NCBI GenBank assembly: GCA_001179505.1
Contig: CDMY01000904.1
Coordinates: forward strand, 1 to 11,879
Length of the DNA stretch: 11,879 nt
Origin: Vitrella brassicaformis CCMP3155
Taxonomy: Eukaryota; Protista; Chromerida
Direction of reading: 5' to 3'
Shown: positions 9,073-11,879 of the stretch, piece after piece
Position numbering within the stretch: position 1 is the stretch's first letter
Layout of the letters: each line of letters starts with the position of its first letter
The notes under the pieces: model-generated
What the model saw: only the letters and a program-made list of their open reading frames with translations
Databases searched by the model: none
Told to the model about the DNA's origin: nothing
Made by a program: the position numbers and the translations under genes

Positions 9073-9716
9073 AAAAAAGACCTCGCTCGGAGAAACAAAA
9101 AAAGGGCCGCGAAAAGCACTCTTGCTCTATGGATGAATTTGAAAGCTGTGTGTGTACTGGCTGTGCCAGATAAAAAAGCCCTGATCGCCCTGGCGCCTCG
9201 CGGCCGCTCGGCGCGCAGGGGGTCGGTCCCACCCCCTCTTCGAGTCCCGAAGAATAAAACCCCCTACATTCACATTACCCCCGACTGCCAGAGGAAGAAG
9301 ATGACGAAGAAAAAGAGACGACACAGAGAACGCTGCCATTTCGAAGGCGAATTGTGTTTTATACGCGAACCGTTTCACGTATCCACACTTTAGTTTATCT
9401 ACTTTATCCCAGTGTGCTTGTCCTATTCCTTCATGTTGATATCCTGGCCGGAAGAGATTAACGTCTGGCGTAAAATCATATTGGCCAGGACAAAACGGCC
9501 AGGTTTAGGGTTGAATTTTTTTAGATCGGGAGCGGTTCCCCAAGCATGGATGTATGAACCCACCGTGACAGATTTAGTAAAGTAAAGTAAAGCACAGTAG
9601 TGTACTAAACTCTCGACTAACGCTTCCAATATCATGATCATTCACCTGTCAACAAGCCACACTGCTGCTCCTATGATTGAGTCGGTTATTTCTCGGCTGT
9701 TTCTTCTCCTTTTCGG

Positions 9717-11879
9717 ATGAGGGAGCGTGTATCGGACTACACCCAACCCCCTCCACCTACCCTCATCCCGCGAGACGGCGGCGGGCCCCCCTGTTGCGCA
9801 TGCAACGAGAAAGGGACGTCTGCGCTGTCCACATGCAGCCGACGATGTGACTGCCGGAATCACAAGCGCCTCTGCACTAACTGTGTCAACTGCAAGCGCG
9901 GCACATGCACGAATTTTGCGTATCCGGCGGACCCGGCCGTTTGCGATGATGATGATGATGAATCGGATGCCGTCTCCCCCTCTGCTGGCCCTGCCGTGCC
10001 CTCCACGGCTTCCTTTGTCGATGAGAAGATGCGTGAGGCCTTCGGCGAGCCCCTCGTCAACTCCGCCGGTGGACCGACTTTCCCTGAGTGGGAGGCATAT
10101 CACGAGCGGGTCTGCCAGCTTCGACTGCGGTGCGTGAAGGATCTCAGCAAGCTTGGCAACCTTGGCCGCGCCATCGCCGATGCCATCGCTGATGAGGTGG
10201 AGAAGATCTCCAAGCTCGAGGCACCGTCCGAGCGGGCTGGCGTCTTCGTCCGCACACTCATCCAGCGAGATCCGGATGTCAAGAGGAAGCGCGATGTCAA
10301 GCGGATGCTCTGGAGGCGGCTGGAGATGTGGCAGAAGGGGCAGGTGGAGGAGCTCGTGTGCGAGGCGGAGCGACTGGACCAGCAGTTCCCCACCACTCAG
10401 CCTCAGCTGGACGACGCGTCGGTCTATCGCATCTTCAACAAGCTCATGCTCGAGGGCAAGGTCCGGGCGGCCGTCCGCTTCGTCACCGAGAGGGGCGGCG
10501 GGGGGGTCCTCCACCCATCTGCTCAGGCCGAGGAGCGTCCCCCGGGGGTCACGGTGCACGATGTCCTTCGCGAGAAGCACCCACCGCAGCAGCAGCCGCA
10601 CGAGGAAGCCTTCCTTCCCTGTGACGACCTCCCTCCCCTCATTGACGTGGACATCACGGACTCGACCGTGGAGCGAGCGGCACGGAGCCTCAGTGGGAGC
10701 GCTGGACCGACCGGTGGCGATGCGAACTTCTGGCAGACCTTCCTCCTCCGATACGGTGCCAAGAGCGGCCGCCTCCGCGCGGCTGTGGCCTCGCTCGTCT
10801 CTACCCTGGCCAACACCATCGTCCCATGGGACAATATCAAGGCCCTGCAAGCGTGCCGCCTCATCGCTCTCGACAAATGCCCTGGCGTCCGCCCCATTGG
10901 CGTCGGGGAGGTGCTCTCTTGCCTGGCTGGCAAGTGCATGGCCATGGTGACCCGCTCTGACCTGGAGACGACCTGCGGCACTGATCAGCTGTGCATCGGT
11001 GTGAAGGGGGGCCTGAGGGGGCTGTGCACGCGGTGAATGACCTCTTTCAAGAGGACGAGACCGAGGGGCTCCTGCTGGTGGACGCAAGCAACGCCTTCAA
11101 TCGCATCAGTCGGCCTGCTGCCATCTGAAACACCCGCGTGCTGTGGCCCCGCTGCTCTCGCTATGTGTTCAACACCTACCGATGGTTCGCCGCACTTCAC
11201 CTGCAAGGCTCAGCCGGCTGTCTGTGGAGCTGTGAAGGCGTCACACAAGTGGGGCATGGGATGAGTCAGGCAGCGATGGGTCTGGGTCAGACATGGACGA
11301 GAACGAAAACGCGCCATCAGAAGCGCAAGAGAGGCCAGAAGAAGCCAGTGACACGCCATCAGAAGCAGAGGGGGATGGTGTGGGTATATGTGTGTGTTCT
11401 GATGTAGAAGGTGTTGGAGTTGGTGAGGAGGAGAGTTTGTCGGCCTCGTCGGCCCCGTTCGGCCTCTTCATCTAGCGCTTCGCTGCGGCAGTGCTGGTAT
11501 GCGGATGACTCGTCGGCGCTCGGCAAACTTCACGGCATCCTCGTGTGGTTTCGAGCCCTGCGTCGCATCGGTCCCTCATACGGTTATCACCCAGAGACCG
11601 CCAAGTCATTCCTCGTCGTCAAACCTGAGCTCGAGCAGATCGCAAGGGAACTCTTCGAGCCCGAGGGGGTGCAGATCGTCACGGGCAAGAGGTTCCTGGG
11701 CGGCTACGTGGGCGATGAGGGCGAGAGGGCGGCGTTCCTCGGCGAGAAGGTCGAGAGGTGGGTACACGGCGTGCGCGCGCTCACGTCTGCTACCCGCAAC
11801 TTCCCACACACGGCCCACGCGGCAATGACGAGGTCTCTGCAGATGGAATGGGACTACGTCTTTCGTATCGTGCTCACCG
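9717..11879 (+). mobile_element. Non-LTR retrotransposon, CRE-clade-like (SLACS/Cnl1/MoTeR-type RT), inactivated copy; runs off the window end
   Basis: The GC3-rich ORF from 9717 carries RT motifs: CRLIALDKCPGVRPIGVGEVL, QLCIGVKGGL[E]GAVHAVNDLF, LLLVDASNAFNRISR, EGVTQ.., RQCWYADD (YADD at 11498-11509), GPSYGYHPETAKS, RFLGGYVG and SLQMEWDYVFR. Lesions: a 1-nt deletion at about 11016, TGA replacing Trp at 11126-11128, and a foreign block at about 11249-11479. An N-terminal Cys cluster lies at 9792-9914. The expected C-terminal RLE endonuclease would be beyond the window. Confidence 0.88.
11249..11479. other. Foreign sequence block replacing the GDPLS..L region of the RT
   Basis: RT similarity stops at ..EGVTQ (11248) and resumes at about SLRQCWYADD (11480). 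The block is purine-rich and low-complexity, with the 13-bp direct repeat CGCCATCAGAAGC at 11312-11324 and 11354-11366. Confidence 0.75.

Noticed and set aside
9046-9075. Hammerhead ribozyme-like core CTGATGA...GAAA
   Set aside because: The intervening sequence cannot form a credible stem II, and I found no stems I or III.
9423-9641. 72-aa minus-strand ORF upstream of the retroelement
   Set aside because: It is short and AT-rich, crosses an (AGTAA)n microrepeat and a telomere-like motif, and shows no recognisable motif. It is more likely 5' UTR or flank.
10153-10950. 265-aa overlapping + strand ORF rich in Arg/Ser
   Set aside because: It is an alternative-frame shadow of GC3-biased coding sequence with low-complexity composition.
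9642-11087. 481-aa antisense ORF covering the retrotransposon ORF
   Set aside because: It lies in the exact antiparallel codon register. Antisense stops need sense TTA/CTA/TCA codons, which are rare in this GC3-rich ORF, so the open frame is expected, and the translation has no recognisable motif.
11249-11475. Foreign RT block read as an intron (GT at 11249, TAG at 11473-11475)
   Set aside because: Splicing there shifts the frame and would not restore the missing GDPLS motif.
1-11879. Prokaryotic operon, CRISPR array, rRNA, tRNA or snRNA/spliced-leader gene
   Set aside because: Consistent spliceosomal introns show the DNA is eukaryotic. I found no regularly spaced repeat-spacer array and recognised no tRNA, rRNA or U-snRNA signature by eye; a covariance-model search would be needed to exclude divergent RNAs.

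Overview
Eukaryotic, intron-rich, ~55% GC scaffold window with a 300-N gap (8105-8404). Short GT-AG introns (about 42-108 nt), TG/CA/GACA-rich intronic repeats and TTTAGGG-like motifs suggest a protist genome, possibly an alveolate such as a chromerid (inference only). I could assemble one apparently intact gene by hand: a 13-exon, ~803-aa secreted S8 subtilase on the minus strand (1206-4368), which may carry Glu rather than Asp at the first triad position (E-H-S type). The rest is mostly decayed sequence: an intron-containing P-element-like transposase relic (116-989), a MerC-like membrane protein gene head-to-head with the protease, a spliced PHD-finger pseudogene, and a CRE-clade-like non-LTR retrotransposon (9717 to window end). 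The retrotransposon has an N-terminal MSL2/CXC-like Cys cluster, a frameshift, a nonsense codon and a foreign ~230-nt block replacing part of the RT core. Intergenic DNA holds scattered telomere-like motifs, a 19/20-bp GC-rich hairpin and several short tandem duplications. All homology calls come from motif recognition by eye; no database search was run.
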